Source of the DNA: a virus
Taxonomy: Duplodnaviria > Caudoviricetes
Length of the DNA: 64,000 nucleotides
IMG/VR virus record: IMGVR_UViG_3300021060_000040
Coordinates: 32,001-96,000 of that record
Reading direction: 5' to 3' (one strand)
The notes below the pieces were generated by a model, which did not search any database, was not told the DNA's origin, and saw only the letters and a list, made by a program, of their open reading frames with translations. Both the position numbers and the translations under genes were made by a program. Numbering within the stretch: the stretch's first letter is position 1; each line of letters opens with the position of its first letter. Below are positions 30,645-40,467 of this stretch, piece by piece.

Positions 30645-30842
30645 ATGCGCCAGATCCTCGTCCTCATCGCGCTCATCCTGGTCGGCACGTCGGCCGCCCT
30701 GATTACGCTGGCCGGCTACGCCCAGCACATCATTACGTGCATCAAGAATGAGGCCATCGGCATGCTCGTGGTCGGCATGCTGGTGGCTCCGCTTGCCGTC
30801 CTGCACGGCTTTGGCATCTGGCTGGGCTTGTTCGCCCGCTAG
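30645..30842 (+). CDS. small membrane protein
   Basis: Hydrophobic segments, ...APLAVLHGFGIWLG. Confidence 0.55.
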   Translation: MRQILVLIALILVGTSAALITLAGYAQHIITCIKNEAIGMLVVGMLVAPLAVLHGFGIWLGLFAR

Positions 30843-31022
30843 CGCGTTTTTCTGTGTTTGCATGCTTGCGCGATTGCAAACGGTAAGCTAACAAGATCTC
30901 ACCAGCCGCGGCGCAGCCCGGGCGGTCCTCGGAACGAAAGACCTGAGCAACCGACGCGACCTCGTCGCGGCTGGACTGAATTCCTGCGTCTGAATGACGG
31001 GAATAACCTGAAAGAATTTAAG

Positions 31023-31307
31023 ATGAAGCGCAATTTCCTGATCGGCACCGGCTTCGTGTTCGCCGCTGCGCTCGGCCTCACCGTCGCCGCTTGCGACAGC
31101 ACCCACGATCTGACCCAGCCCGAGAAGGCGGTCGCGGATCATGGCGGCCTCCTCTACGCGAACGCCGCCGGCGGCCAGTTCCTGCAGTGCTCGGGGCGCG
31201 ACTCCGATGCCGACGGCTACGTCACCTGCCAGACTAAGCTGAACGGCCAGCTCTCCGAGATCCTCTGCGCCTACCGCGGCCAGCCGGGCTGCAAGGCTAA
31301 GCGCTGA
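31023..31307 (+). CDS. putative lipoprotein
   Basis: MKR + hydrophobic stretch + VAAC lipobox; CSGRDSDADGYVTC. Confidence 0.65.
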   Translation: MKRNFLIGTGFVFAAALGLTVAACDSTHDLTQPEKAVADHGGLLYANAAGGQFLQCSGRDSDADGYVTCQTKLNGQLSEILCAYRGQPGCKAKR

Positions 31308-31364
31308 CCCCCCCCCTCCCCTGCTGACCACCGGCCGGATGGCCAGGTAGACAAGGATATTTCG

Positions 31365-31805
31365 ATGATGGGCGCACTTGCCAAGAAGCTGTTCGGCGAC
31401 GGCACGAAGAAGTTCCGCACCTATGTCGGTGACACCGCCTTCCTGAAGGCCGCCGCCGCAATCGCCGCCAACGTGACTGCGGCTGACGGCAAGATCGAGG
31501 ACGCCGAGATCAAGGCATCCAAGAAGGTCATGCTCGCCAACCCAATCATCAAGCCGTCCTTTGACCCGTCGGCGATCGAGCGCGAGCTCAATGCCGCCCT
31601 GGACCGCGCCGAGACCCGCTCGGGCCGGCACGAGAACGCCCAGATCATCAAGGGCGTCGAGACCCGCGACCAAGCCGACCGCGATGCGCTGTTCCTGATC
31701 GGCGTCGACGTCGCCGACGTGGGCGAGGTCGGCGAGAAAGAAGACGCCGCGCTCACCAAGATCGCCGAGCTGCTGCTCGTCGACAAAGCGGCCCTGATGG
31801 CCTGA
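31365..31805 (+). CDS. TerB-family protein
   Basis: VTAADGKIEDAE...VADVGEVGEKEDAALTKIAELL. Confidence 0.8.
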   Translation: MMGALAKKLFGDGTKKFRTYVGDTAFLKAAAAIAANVTAADGKIEDAEIKASKKVMLANPIIKPSFDPSAIERELNAALDRAETRSGRHENAQIIKGVETRDQADRDALFLIGVDVADVGEVGEKEDAALTKIAELLLVDKAALMA

Positions 31806-31879
31806 GCGCCCTCCCCTTCCGGCTTTCCCCCTCCCCAACGGCGGCCTTCGTGGCCGCCAATTTTTTAAGAGAGGCCCCC

Positions 31880-32596
31880 GTGGACCTGCACGCCATCACC
31901 AGTCTCCTCCAGATGATCTGGGTGGACCTCCTTCTCTCCGGCGACAATGCCCTCGTGATCGCGATGGCGACCCGGAACCTGCCGCCCGCGCAGCAGCGCA
32001 AGGCGCTCATCGGCGGCCTCGGCATTGCCGTGGGCCTGCGCATGATCGGCGCCCTCGCCGCAACCGATATCCTCGCCACCCCGCTGCTCGCGGCCGCCGG
32101 CGGCGTCGTCCTGCTCTGGATCGCCTTCAAGTTGGTGGCGGCCAACGACGACAGCCGTGAGATCTCGGCCAAGGGCACGCTGTGGGCGGCGATCGCCACC
32201 ATCGGCTGGGCAGATGCCTCAATGAGCCTGGACAACGTCATCGCCCTGGCCGGCATCTCGCACGGCAATTGGCCGCTGACGGTGCTTGGGATCTCCATCT
32301 CGATCCCGTTCGTGATCTTCGGTTCCGTCGTGATCTCGTGGGTCCTCAAGCGCCTCCCGGTGCTGGTGTGGGCCGGTGCTGCGCTCCTGGGCTGGGTCGC
32401 GGGCGAGATCATTGCCACGGACAAGGTCGTGTCGGATCTGGCGGGCGGCCAGTACATCTCCCTGCTGCTGGCGGCGCCGTTGGTCGGCGCGGTGCTCGTC
32501 CTGGTCGCCGGAAGCCTTGTGCGGGCCCTGCGCAAGTCGGAGTCGGAGGCGGCCTCGGCCGAGCCTGCGGCGATCGCCCCGGTCGCCACAGCATAG
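31880..32596 (+). CDS. TerC/YjbE-family membrane protein
   Basis: DLLLSGDNALVIAMA, ADASMSLDNVIALAG. Confidence 0.9.
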   Translation: MDLHAITSLLQMIWVDLLLSGDNALVIAMATRNLPPAQQRKALIGGLGIAVGLRMIGALAATDILATPLLAAAGGVVLLWIAFKLVAANDDSREISAKGTLWAAIATIGWADASMSLDNVIALAGISHGNWPLTVLGISISIPFVIFGSVVISWVLKRLPVLVWAGAALLGWVAGEIIATDKVVSDLAGGQYISLLLAAPLVGAVLVLVAGSLVRALRKSESEAASAEPAAIAPVATA

Positions 32597-32665
32597 CTCT
32601 GCGGCAGTCGTGAACGCTCGAGCGGGTCGCCGCCTCGGCGGCCCGTCTCGGTGGGAGATGGCAGG

Positions 32666-33403
32666 ATGAGAACCCAAGTCCCGCTCAAAGTTCGTCAGGA
32701 AGCGCTGCGTCTTCAGCAGGGTGGTGGCCTGAACTTCGATGAGATCGGGCCGCGCCTCGGCTACGCTCCGAAAACTCTCGCCCGGGCGACCGGAGATTAC
32801 CGGCGTGGCACGTTCCGGAACGCCGCGGAGACCAAGTGCGCGGAACGCATGGCGCTCGCCGATCTCGTGGAGGCCGGCGCGTCCGTCGAAGACGTCATGG
32901 CCCGCTACGGCTGGAAACGGCGCTCAGCGCTCCAGCGCCTGGCCCGAATGGGCTACGGCGCCGCTGAGAGAAAGGCGATACGCGTCCGGCTCGGGCTCTT
33001 GAAACTCGCCCCGACGAAGTCCGAGCAGCGAGCCGCGGCCCGGAAGGCCCTGCGTGAGGAGCGTGCCAGGGCCAAGGCCGAGCGTGAGGTGGCACGCCTG
33101 GCGAAGCGGCCGCCGCTGATGCTGTCCCCGCGTGTCCGGGCCGTGATCGAACCAATCGCTCGAGAGGCGGGCCTGAGCCTGGCGGACCTGACGGGCGGCC
33201 GACGGAAGCAGGCATTCGTCAAGGCTCGCCACAGGGCCATCCTGGCGCTTTACGGTACATTTCCGGACAAGAGCCTGTGCTGGCTCGGCCGCCCCTTCGG
33301 AATGCACCGGACGTCCATCCGGGACATCCTCGTTGATTCCGGCGTCTACGTCCCGCGCCGCGATGACCAAGCGGCGGCCCCGGGCCAATCCGAAGCCGCA
33401 TAG
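32666..33403 (+). CDS. multi-HTH protein with DnaA domain-IV-like C-terminus
   Basis: Two N-terminal HTH-like segments; RRKQAFVKARHRAI...SLCWLGRPFGMHRTSI. Confidence 0.6.
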   Translation: MRTQVPLKVRQEALRLQQGGGLNFDEIGPRLGYAPKTLARATGDYRRGTFRNAAETKCAERMALADLVEAGASVEDVMARYGWKRRSALQRLARMGYGAAERKAIRVRLGLLKLAPTKSEQRAAARKALREERARAKAEREVARLAKRPPLMLSPRVRAVIEPIAREAGLSLADLTGGRRKQAFVKARHRAILALYGTFPDKSLCWLGRPFGMHRTSIRDILVDSGVYVPRRDDQAAAPGQSEAA

Positions 33404-33462
33404 CAACCCGTCATTCGTTTGCGCACTTGCGCGATTGCAATTCAAAAGCTAACAAGGCGGCT

Positions 33463-33837
33463 ATGAACGTCTATCTGATCGCCGCCGTCGGGAAGCGCGG
33501 GCAGCTGGGTCTCAACGGCGAGATGCCGTGGCACGATCCAGAGGATCTGCGCTTCTTCAGGGCGATGACGCTCGGACGGCGGGTCGTTTTCGGCATGGCG
33601 ACGCTCATCCGTCTGCCGGACCTGCCCGGGCGCGAGGTGATTGCCGACAACCCGCTGGTGAGCCCGGTGGAATTCCTGGCCCGTCACGGCGACGTCGACC
33701 AGATCTGGATCGGCGGGGGCGCCAAAACCTACGCCAGGTACCTTCCCTTCGTGCGCAGGAGCTTTGTCACCCACGTCGATTACGACGGCCCGGCCGATGT
33801 CTGGATGCCGCAGCCGTGGGGTCAAACCGCCGCCTGA
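33463..33837 (+). CDS. folA: dihydrofolate reductase (compact)
   Basis: LIAAVG...[16 protein letters not shown]...LPGR...WIGGGAKTY. Confidence 0.88.
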   Translation: MNVYLIAAVGKRGQLGLNGEMPWHDPEDLRFFRAMTLGRRVVFGMATLIRLPDLPGREVIADNPLVSPVEFLARHGDVDQIWIGGGAKTYARYLPFVRRSFVTHVDYDGPADVWMPQPWGQTAA

Positions 33838-34814
33838 TGGCGAGCGTCGAGGAAATTCATAACATGGATCAGTATCAGGCCCTGCTGGGCCAAATTCTTG
33901 AGTCCGGTACGGTCAAGGGCGATCGGACCGGCACCGGCACCAAGTCGATCTTCGGTCACCAGATGCGCTTCGACCTGACGAAGAGCTTTCCGCTGGTCAC
34001 CGCCAAGCGGATCCATTTCAAGAGCGTCGTTCACGAGCTGCTCTGGATGCTGTCGGGCTTCACCAACGTGCAGCCGCTTCAGCGCGCCGGCGTCACGATC
34101 TGGGACGAATGGGCCGACGAGAACGGCGATCTGGGGCCGGTCTACGGCAAGCAGTGGCGCAGCTGGACCACCTACAAGCCCTGCATCGGCGGTGGCTTCC
34201 ACCAGGACTCGATCGACCAGATCGGGGGTGTGGTTGCCGAGCTGAAGCGCAATCCGGACTCGCGCCGCCTGATTGTCTCTGCCTGGAACCCGGCCGACCT
34301 AGACCAGATGGCGTTGGCGCCGTGCCACTGCCTGTTCCAGTTCAACACCCGGCCGATGACGCAAGATCAGCGCGTGGCTGAGCTGATCCGTCGACAGAAT
34401 ATTGGTCATAAGTGGAACGTGGCGTCCTTCAAGGCCCAGTATCCGCAGAGCACGGAGGTGGTGCTCGACTCCTACGATGTCCCGTCCCGCTACCTCGACT
34501 GCCAGCTCTACCAGCGCTCTGCCGACGTGTTCCTGGGCGTCCCCTTCAACATCGCCTCGTACGCTCTGATGACCCACATGATCGCCGAGGTGACCGGCAT
34601 GGTCGCGGGCGACTTCGTCTGGACCGGCGGCGACGTCCATCTCTATGCCAACCACTTCGAGCAGGCCCGGACCCTGCTCGAGCGTGAGCCCCGCGAGCCG
34701 CCGCAGATCCGGCTAACCCCGGGCGTGAAGGACCTGCTCGGCTTCCGGTACGAGGACATCGTCCTAGAGAAATACGATCCCCACCCGGCGATCGCCGCCC
34801 CCGTCGCGGTCTGA
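33837..34814 (+). CDS. thyA: thymidylate synthase (start 33837 or 33864)
   Basis: [48 protein letters not shown]. Confidence 0.97.
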   Translation: MASVEEIHNMDQYQALLGQILESGTVKGDRTGTGTKSIFGHQMRFDLTKSFPLVTAKRIHFKSVVHELLWMLSGFTNVQPLQRAGVTIWDEWADENGDLGPVYGKQWRSWTTYKPCIGGGFHQDSIDQIGGVVAELKRNPDSRRLIVSAWNPADLDQMALAPCHCLFQFNTRPMTQDQRVAELIRRQNIGHKWNVASFKAQYPQSTEVVLDSYDVPSRYLDCQLYQRSADVFLGVPFNIASYALMTHMIAEVTGMVAGDFVWTGGDVHLYANHFEQARTLLEREPREPPQIRLTPGVKDLLGFRYEDIVLEKYDPHPAIAAPVAV

Positions 34815-34887
34815 GGACCCGTCACCCTGCTTCTGCAGCCGGTCGACGGCACTCGTGTGCCTCACCGCTTGCGTGATTGCAAACGGA

Positions 34888-35340
34888 ATGAAAATGAAAG
34901 CGTCATCTCTGCTGCTCGCCGGCACCCTGTTCGTCTCCGCGGCTCACGTCCCCGAGGCCCAGGCCGAGCCGATCCACCAGCAGGTCACCCGGGCCGCCCT
35001 GGCCCATGGTGTTCCGCCGGCCCTGGCCCACGGGGTCGTGCGCGTGGAGAGCAACTATCGCTGCCACATCCGGGCCTCCGACGGCCTGTCGAGCGGCATC
35101 ATGCAGGTCCGGCCGGGCACCGCCCGCAGCGTCGGAGTCCGAGGGAACCTGAACAACTGCGCCAGCGGCCTGGAGGCCGGGATGCGGTACCTGCGCCAGG
35201 CCCTGTCGGCGGCCCATGGCGACTGGTGCGTGGCCGCGTCGCTCTACAACCGCGGCGTCGGCGCCGGCCGGCGCTGCACCGCCTACGGCCGGAAAGTCAT
35301 CCGGCTGTCCCCGTCCCGCCGCTCATCCAGGGCAGGCTGA
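34888..35340 (+). CDS. secreted lytic transglycosylase (SLT domain)
   Basis: Signal peptide; VRVESNY, GIMQV, AGMRYL, SLYNRG. Confidence 0.85.
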   Translation: MKMKASSLLLAGTLFVSAAHVPEAQAEPIHQQVTRAALAHGVPPALAHGVVRVESNYRCHIRASDGLSSGIMQVRPGTARSVGVRGNLNNCASGLEAGMRYLRQALSAAHGDWCVAASLYNRGVGAGRRCTAYGRKVIRLSPSRRSSRAG

Positions 35341-35341
35341 G

Positions 35342-35566
35342 ATGGCCGAGACGATCATGCAATACCGCATGTGGGTGCTCCGTCATTTCGACGATGGCGC
35401 CTGGTCGATCCCGCGTGAGAGCGTGATGGGCGCGAGCAAGGGCCGCTCGGCACTCGCCTGGCTGCGCAGGAAGGCGCTGCTCGAGGAGGATCCCCAGTAC
35501 CTCGGGATGCACCGGATCACCGACGCCGGCCGCGACGCGCTCGCCCGGCTCGAGGAATCGATGTGA
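35342..35566 (+). CDS. hypothetical protein (wHTH-like)
   Basis: HRITDAGRDAL C-terminus. Confidence 0.5.
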   Translation: MAETIMQYRMWVLRHFDDGAWSIPRESVMGASKGRSALAWLRRKALLEEDPQYLGMHRITDAGRDALARLEESM

Positions 35567-35901
35567 GCACGCGGGCCGACCACCCTCCCCTCGCCGAGCC
35601 GAGGACGCTGGCCGAACTCATCCGGGCGATCGAGATCCGGAATGCCAGCTACCTGTCCAGCACACGCGGTCTGCCGCGTGCTGGCAGCCAGCAGCTCAAG
35701 GACCTGATGATCACACCCGGGAAGGTCCTGAGCGAGCTCCTTTTGGTGATCGAGGGCGTGCCGGGCGGTGCCTACCCCATCCGCGACTTCCTCGGAGGGA
35801 TCGGCCTGATCACCCGCTTCGGATTCGAAGACACGATCACGGAGGCCGGACTCGCGCTGGTGGGCCCGCGGTCGAAAGCCTCCGAGAAGGCTGCACGATG
35901 A
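35563..35901 (+). CDS. hypothetical protein
   Basis: Coupled ORF. Confidence 0.5.
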   Translation: MSTRADHPPLAEPRTLAELIRAIEIRNASYLSSTRGLPRAGSQQLKDLMITPGKVLSELLLVIEGVPGGAYPIRDFLGGIGLITRFGFEDTITEAGLALVGPRSKASEKAAR

Positions 35902-36296
35902 CGGACCATGAGATCGCCGATCTGATCTCCCAGATCACCTACAAACCGGGTTGGACCTGGATCGTCGGATACGATGGCCGCCTCTTCGTCCAGGCTTCGG
36001 TGTCGACCGACAGCGACCTGACGATGGATCCTACCGGCAAGTCGGCCGAGCGCACCCCCTGGAAGTCCGGCAAGCGCTACCTGTCGCCTCACATGTGCCG
36101 GCAGGAAATCATCGGCGCCGTGTTTGGCCTGATCCAAGATGCCGAGATGCACGAGGTCCGGGAGTGGTTCCGGTACCGCGGCGCCTCGATCTTCAATCCG
36201 CACCTGGATCCCGATGTCCTCGTGGAGGTCGCGCGGCGCAAAGCCTCGTTCAACTGCCGCGTGAACGCAATGAGCATGGTCGAGCCGCCCATCTGA
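35898..36296 (+). CDS. hypothetical phage protein
   Basis: ITYKPGW...EMHEVREWF.Y.G..IFNPH. Confidence 0.65.
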   Translation: MTDHEIADLISQITYKPGWTWIVGYDGRLFVQASVSTDSDLTMDPTGKSAERTPWKSGKRYLSPHMCRQEIIGAVFGLIQDAEMHEVREWFRYRGASIFNPHLDPDVLVEVARRKASFNCRVNAMSMVEPPI

Positions 36297-36370
36297 GCCG
36301 CCGATAGCGCCCAGGTCCGTCTCCGCCGACCCCAGAACCGATCCTAGAAACGCCTGCCCGAAGATAAGCC

Positions 36371-36880
36371 ATGAAGATCCCGCCGTCGGTCGCCGACGCT
36401 TTCGCGCTCGCCTTCGCCGCCAAACCGAACCTTGTGGTCACCTCCCCTCCCCCGACGCCGGCGCGACCGATTCCGGGCGAGGTGGTCCGGATGCGCTACG
36501 AAAACTGGCGCGGCGAGGTTTCCGTGCGGACCGTGTTGGTCGAGACGGTCTGGTTCGGCTCCACTGAATGGCACCCACAGAAGCAGTGGATGTTCACGGC
36601 GCACGAGCCCAAGACTCGCAAGGAGCGCGACTTCGCGATCGCCGGCGTGCTCGAGTGGGACTTGCCGGAGAAGCCCGCCAAGGAGCCGCGCTTCTGGATC
36701 GTCTGGAATCCGGCGCATCCGACGACGCCGACCCTGAAGCACAAGAAAAAGGTGTCGGCCGAGATCGCTGCGAAGAAGCTGTGTCGCAAGCACCCGGACC
36801 AGGCCGAGAGCATCTTCGTCATGCAGGCCACCTCGGCGTGGACGATGGGTGAGGAGCGTCCGAAGGGGCGGCACTTCTGA
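36371..36880 (+). CDS. WYL-like domain protein
   Basis: YENWRGEVSVRTV...WFGSTEWHP..QW.F.A......ERDFAI. Confidence 0.65.
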   Translation: MKIPPSVADAFALAFAAKPNLVVTSPPPTPARPIPGEVVRMRYENWRGEVSVRTVLVETVWFGSTEWHPQKQWMFTAHEPKTRKERDFAIAGVLEWDLPEKPAKEPRFWIVWNPAHPTTPTLKHKKKVSAEIAAKKLCRKHPDQAESIFVMQATSAWTMGEERPKGRHF

Positions 36881-37182
36881 TGGGCCCGATCGGATTCACG
36901 AACGAGGTCAGCACCGCGCTCGACGTGAGGCGGCCTGCCAGATGCCAGGAGTTGGCGCGACAGGACTTGGCTCGGCTCAGGGATGCCGCCAAGGCTGCTC
37001 ACGCTCCCTTGCATCACGAATACGTCGACAGCGTCGCCGAGGACATCGTCTGCGCCGTCCTCGACGAGCTGATGAAGCCCAGCGAGCTGAGGCTCAACCT
37101 ATCCATTGAGGCGATTATGGAGGGCGAGCCCCCGTCCAGCCTCATGGCCACCTATCTGCAGGCGCTGAAGGACGCAGCATGA
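36880..37182 (+). CDS. hypothetical protein
   Basis: TGATG coupling. Confidence 0.5.
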   Translation: MGPIGFTNEVSTALDVRRPARCQELARQDLARLRDAAKAAHAPLHHEYVDSVAEDIVCAVLDELMKPSELRLNLSIEAIMEGEPPSSLMATYLQALKDAA

Positions 37183-37463
37183 ACATCAACCACATCGCCG
37201 GCTGCACCAAGATTCTTGGCACGCCACCCGATTGGAATCCGAGTGTACCCTGCAAGGGGCTGCCCGTCCGGCATCAGGAGGTCGACGGGATGCAGTGCGT
37301 GATCTCGTCCTGGCAGCCGACTGACGAAGAGCTGTGGCTTCTGGTGGAGGGCTATCCGGTCATCCTCTACGTCGCCGGTAACACCACACCGGCGGTATCT
37401 CTCCAAGTCGGAGACCGGTTTGCGCCTATTCAGGATGAAAAGCCCGATGCCGTCGCCGCGTGA
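37179..37463 (+). CDS. hypothetical phage protein
   Basis: LGTPPDW..C.GLPV...S.WQPTDEEL. Confidence 0.6.
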   Translation: MNINHIAGCTKILGTPPDWNPSVPCKGLPVRHQEVDGMQCVISSWQPTDEELWLLVEGYPVILYVAGNTTPAVSLQVGDRFAPIQDEKPDAVAA

Positions 37464-37806
37464 GATCGAGCGCGAGGCTCGCGCCTACTGCGAGAAATTC
37501 GGCCTGGATCCGGACGAGGACGTCGGTGGCTACTTCGACACGGGTGAGGGGCGTGCCGAGTGGACCCGAGCGCCGCGATGGAGCTGGTACAAAGGTGCGA
37601 ATCTAAGCCAGGACGCCCCACTGACGGGGTTCCAAAAAGCCATCTTGGAGCAGCAGGCCGCGCGTGACGCTGCGCTCGCTCTGAGCCGGGCTCAGAAACG
37701 TGGACAGCCGCCAGCATTCGTTCGGGTCGACATACCCCTGAACGTTGGTGTTTACCTGGCGCGGATGGTTCCGAGAGAAGCTCTGGAAGGAACCCGGCTC
37801 AGCTGA
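37447..37806 (+). CDS. hypothetical protein
   Basis: Last gene of the plus-strand run. Confidence 0.5.
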   Translation: MPSPREIEREARAYCEKFGLDPDEDVGGYFDTGEGRAEWTRAPRWSWYKGANLSQDAPLTGFQKAILEQQAARDAALALSRAQKRGQPPAFVRVDIPLNVGVYLARMVPREALEGTRLS

Positions 37807-37810
37807 TGCG

Positions 37811-38512
37811 TCAGAAGGCGCTACGAAGCTCGACTTCGCGGCGCATTCTCCCGAATGCATCTCGCTTCAGCAGCCCGAACCTTTCCCCGTAGTTCTCCAT
37901 ATCTTCTGAATCTGACGTGGGGGGCGCGAATTGCCCCCGATTCGCAGCAAGGATGAGACCTCGGGCCGCGATCGCCCTCCCCGGCTTCGACAGGCGCATG
38001 CTCGCCAGCCACTCCGGCGACACGATACGGATGATGCTCGGGTCGTTGCGTCGGTGTCCTGTCTTGCGCTGCTCGACCGTGATCAAGCCGAGGGCCCGCG
38101 CTTCCCGGATCGTGCGCTTCACTGTGGTCTTCGACACCCCGGCGAGGGCGGCGACTTTCTCATGGCAAAGGCGGCACTCCCCTCCCCGGCTCACCTCTCG
38201 GGTGATCACTTGGAGGACAGCGCGCTCGGCTTGGGTGAACCGGCCAGCTATGGCGGTTGGAATCTCACCTGTGGACGAGAGCTGTCGACGCCTGATCATG
38301 CTCTCTGGAGTCCTCGGCCTGGAGCCGTTTCGAGAGCGGCGAGGCTGCGGTGCGACCCCGACCTGGACGATGTCGCACAGGCCCGACAGCTCGACGTACT
38401 GAGCTTCGGTGATGGCCTCGGAGCAGAAGGCCTGGTTGATCATGGCTCTGAACGTGGGCAGCCGGTCCCGCGGCGCGGCCGCGATGGCGCACCGAATCCC
38501 TTGAATATCCAT
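37811..38512 (-). CDS. winged-HTH protein, putative plasmid-type replication initiator
   Basis: HEKVAALAGVSKTTVKRTIREARALGLITVEQR; divergent from parA across the octamer array. Confidence 0.55.
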   Translation of the reverse strand: MDIQGIRCAIAAAPRDRLPTFRAMINQAFCSEAITEAQYVELSGLCDIVQVGVAPQPRRSRNGSRPRTPESMIRRRQLSSTGEIPTAIAGRFTQAERAVLQVITREVSRGGECRLCHEKVAALAGVSKTTVKRTIREARALGLITVEQRKTGHRRNDPSIIRIVSPEWLASMRLSKPGRAIAARGLILAANRGQFAPPTSDSEDMENYGERFGLLKRDAFGRMRREVELRSAF

Positions 38513-38823
38513 CCTTCGACCCTCTCGGGCCGTGCAGTCGACAGGCCAGCCGACATCGTTGCGAGAATTGGCGTTCTCGCTTGACATCGCGATGGCTGTC
38601 GCTAGGGTGGGGGTGTTGTTGGTCCCCGCGAAAGCGACTCGAATTCGAAGCCCTTCAGGTTGGCGCCTGGGGGGCTTCATTCGTTTCTGGCGCCTGCTAC
38701 GGCATCGGTTTCTCCTCGGCGGTCCCTCGAGATCGCGCAGAATCGCTGCTAATCTGGGACTGCATTGCGCACTGACGCACGATTCTTAACCGTCGTCAAC
38801 TTGCACGCAAACGGAACGCAAAC

Positions 38824-39807
38824 GGATCGGCGCCCTGTTGGCCCTTCGGTTTTATGCCCTCTTGCCCCGTGATCCCACGGCTCCTAAGGGTCGTGGCACT
38901 TGCGGTCCTCAGTCCTTACGGATCATAGGGTTGTGGGGCAAAAGGGCCGTTGCCCCGTTGGTTTTTGGGCCGCCGGACCCCCTGACCTTTGGGGTTAGCG
39001 GCCATTCGGGCCGAGGGACCATGGCCCTATCGCCTTGACGGCCGATCGGCCCATAGTGCAAACGGGCGCTCGACCCATAGGTATGGGGGGTCATCGGGCA
39101 ACGGAAGCGTGGGGCGTTGGGGTTGGCGGCCTAAGGGCCAACCGATCTAACGGGTCACGGGTCCGTAGCCCAAAGATCTTGTAGGACAACGGGCCCGCTG
39201 CCCGGTAGGGTCAGGGTTCTGTAGGCCCATGGTGCCCAAGGGCTGTGGCCCGCTGGGGTTATGGGGCTCTGGTGCTGTAGGTTCATTGGCCATTGGCCCC
39301 TTTGTCCCGCGGGCCTAGCGGTAATTGGGTCCGAGGGATTGAAGGCCGAGTGGGTTGTTGACCCGTCGGGCCGTAGGCCAGCGAACCCGTAGGGCTAAAG
39401 GGCAGCGACCCGTGCGGGTCGAGGGAACGGCGGTTTGTTGCCCTAGAGGCCTATGTGCCGCCAGGAGCGTTGGTCTGTAGGGCAATCGGGTGCTGGGCCG
39501 ATGGCCCGATGGCCCGATGGCCCAAAAGACCCTTGGCCTTGTAGGGCGATAGGGTAACGGCCCCATCGATCCATCGGACTGTTGCCCGATGGGGCTAAAG
39601 GACGGTCGGTTCTTAGGTTTGAGGATCTGTTGGAACGTTGGTCCGTAGGCGCGTGGGGCCATGGGAGTGAGGTGCGGAAACCCCGTTGCCCCACTGTCTC
39701 GTGGCCCTGTTGGTTTACGGCCCGTTGGGCTTTTCGGGCTAAAACACCACAACGCCGTTGGGTGTCGGCCCTACGACCACACAACCCACTAGGGCAGGAG
39801 GGCAGCG
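38824..39807. repeat. array of 123 in-phase degenerate 8-bp repeats (approx. G-G/C-N-Y-Y-R-T-N); candidate partition centromere
   Basis: Parsed by hand: 113/123 units start with G, about 114/123 have C/T at position 4, no phase break; ends at the parA GTG. Confidence 0.85.
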
Positions 39808-40467
39808 GTGCCGGTCATTAGCGTGTCATCTACGAAGGGCGGGGTCGGCAAAACGACCCTCGTAATCTGCCTCGCCGAGGCCGTGGCCCAGCAGGGCGGC
39901 AGCGTTGCCGTCCTGGATGCTGATCCGAACGGTCACGTCTCCACCTGGTACGATGTCGCGAAGGAAGAGACCGACACGAAGGTGAAGGTCATTCCCGGCG
40001 TGACCGAGGCAAACATCCACGACCATATCGACGCCGTCGTAGACGACTATTCCATCGTTCTGATCGATCTGGAGGGCGCTGCATCGCAGATCGTCACCTT
40101 CGCGATCGCCCGCAGCGACCTGGTGCTGATACCGACCAGAAGTTCCGCGATGGACCTGCAGGAGGTGTTCCGGACACACGATCAGGTCCGGCATGCCGAG
40201 CGGATGCTGAAGCGGCCGATCAAAGCCCGTGCCGTCTTCTGCCAGGTGCCTGGCCTAGTAAACAAGGTCCAGTCACACGCCGTCTCCGAGGTTGAGAGGA
40301 GGGGGGTGCCGTGCCTGAACGCGCAAGTGTTGATGCGCCCGGCTGCCTACGCTCAGATCCACTTCACCGGCGTAACCCCGGCACATCCTGAGGGCGATCC
40401 CAAGGCGCGACGCGAGATCCACAGCGTGCTCGAAGAAATTCTCACCATTTTCCGTGAGGATGCGTGA
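39808..40467 (+). CDS. parA: ParA partition ATPase (short, type Ib/ParF-like)
   Basis: KGGVGKTT deviant Walker A, LDADPN, LIDLEG, SDLVLIP; no N-terminal HTH. Confidence 0.93.
   Translation: MPVISVSSTKGGVGKTTLVICLAEAVAQQGGSVAVLDADPNGHVSTWYDVAKEETDTKVKVIPGVTEANIHDHIDAVVDDYSIVLIDLEGAASQIVTFAIARSDLVLIPTRSSAMDLQEVFRTHDQVRHAERMLKRPIKARAVFCQVPGLVNKVQSHAVSEVERRGVPCLNAQVLMRPAAYAQIHFTGVTPAHPEGDPKARREIHSVLEEILTIFREDA

Noticed and set aside
30890-31880. yybP-ykoY Mn riboswitch for terC
   Set aside because: Conserved GGGGAGUAGC-type core not found; kept only as an unassigned stem
38824-39807. CRISPR array interpretation of the repeat region
   Set aside because: No conserved 23-47 bp repeat with unique spacers, and no cas genes
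38838-39821. ORFs overlapping the octamer array
   Set aside because: Low-complexity G/P/R translations; an 8-bp period is not a codon signal
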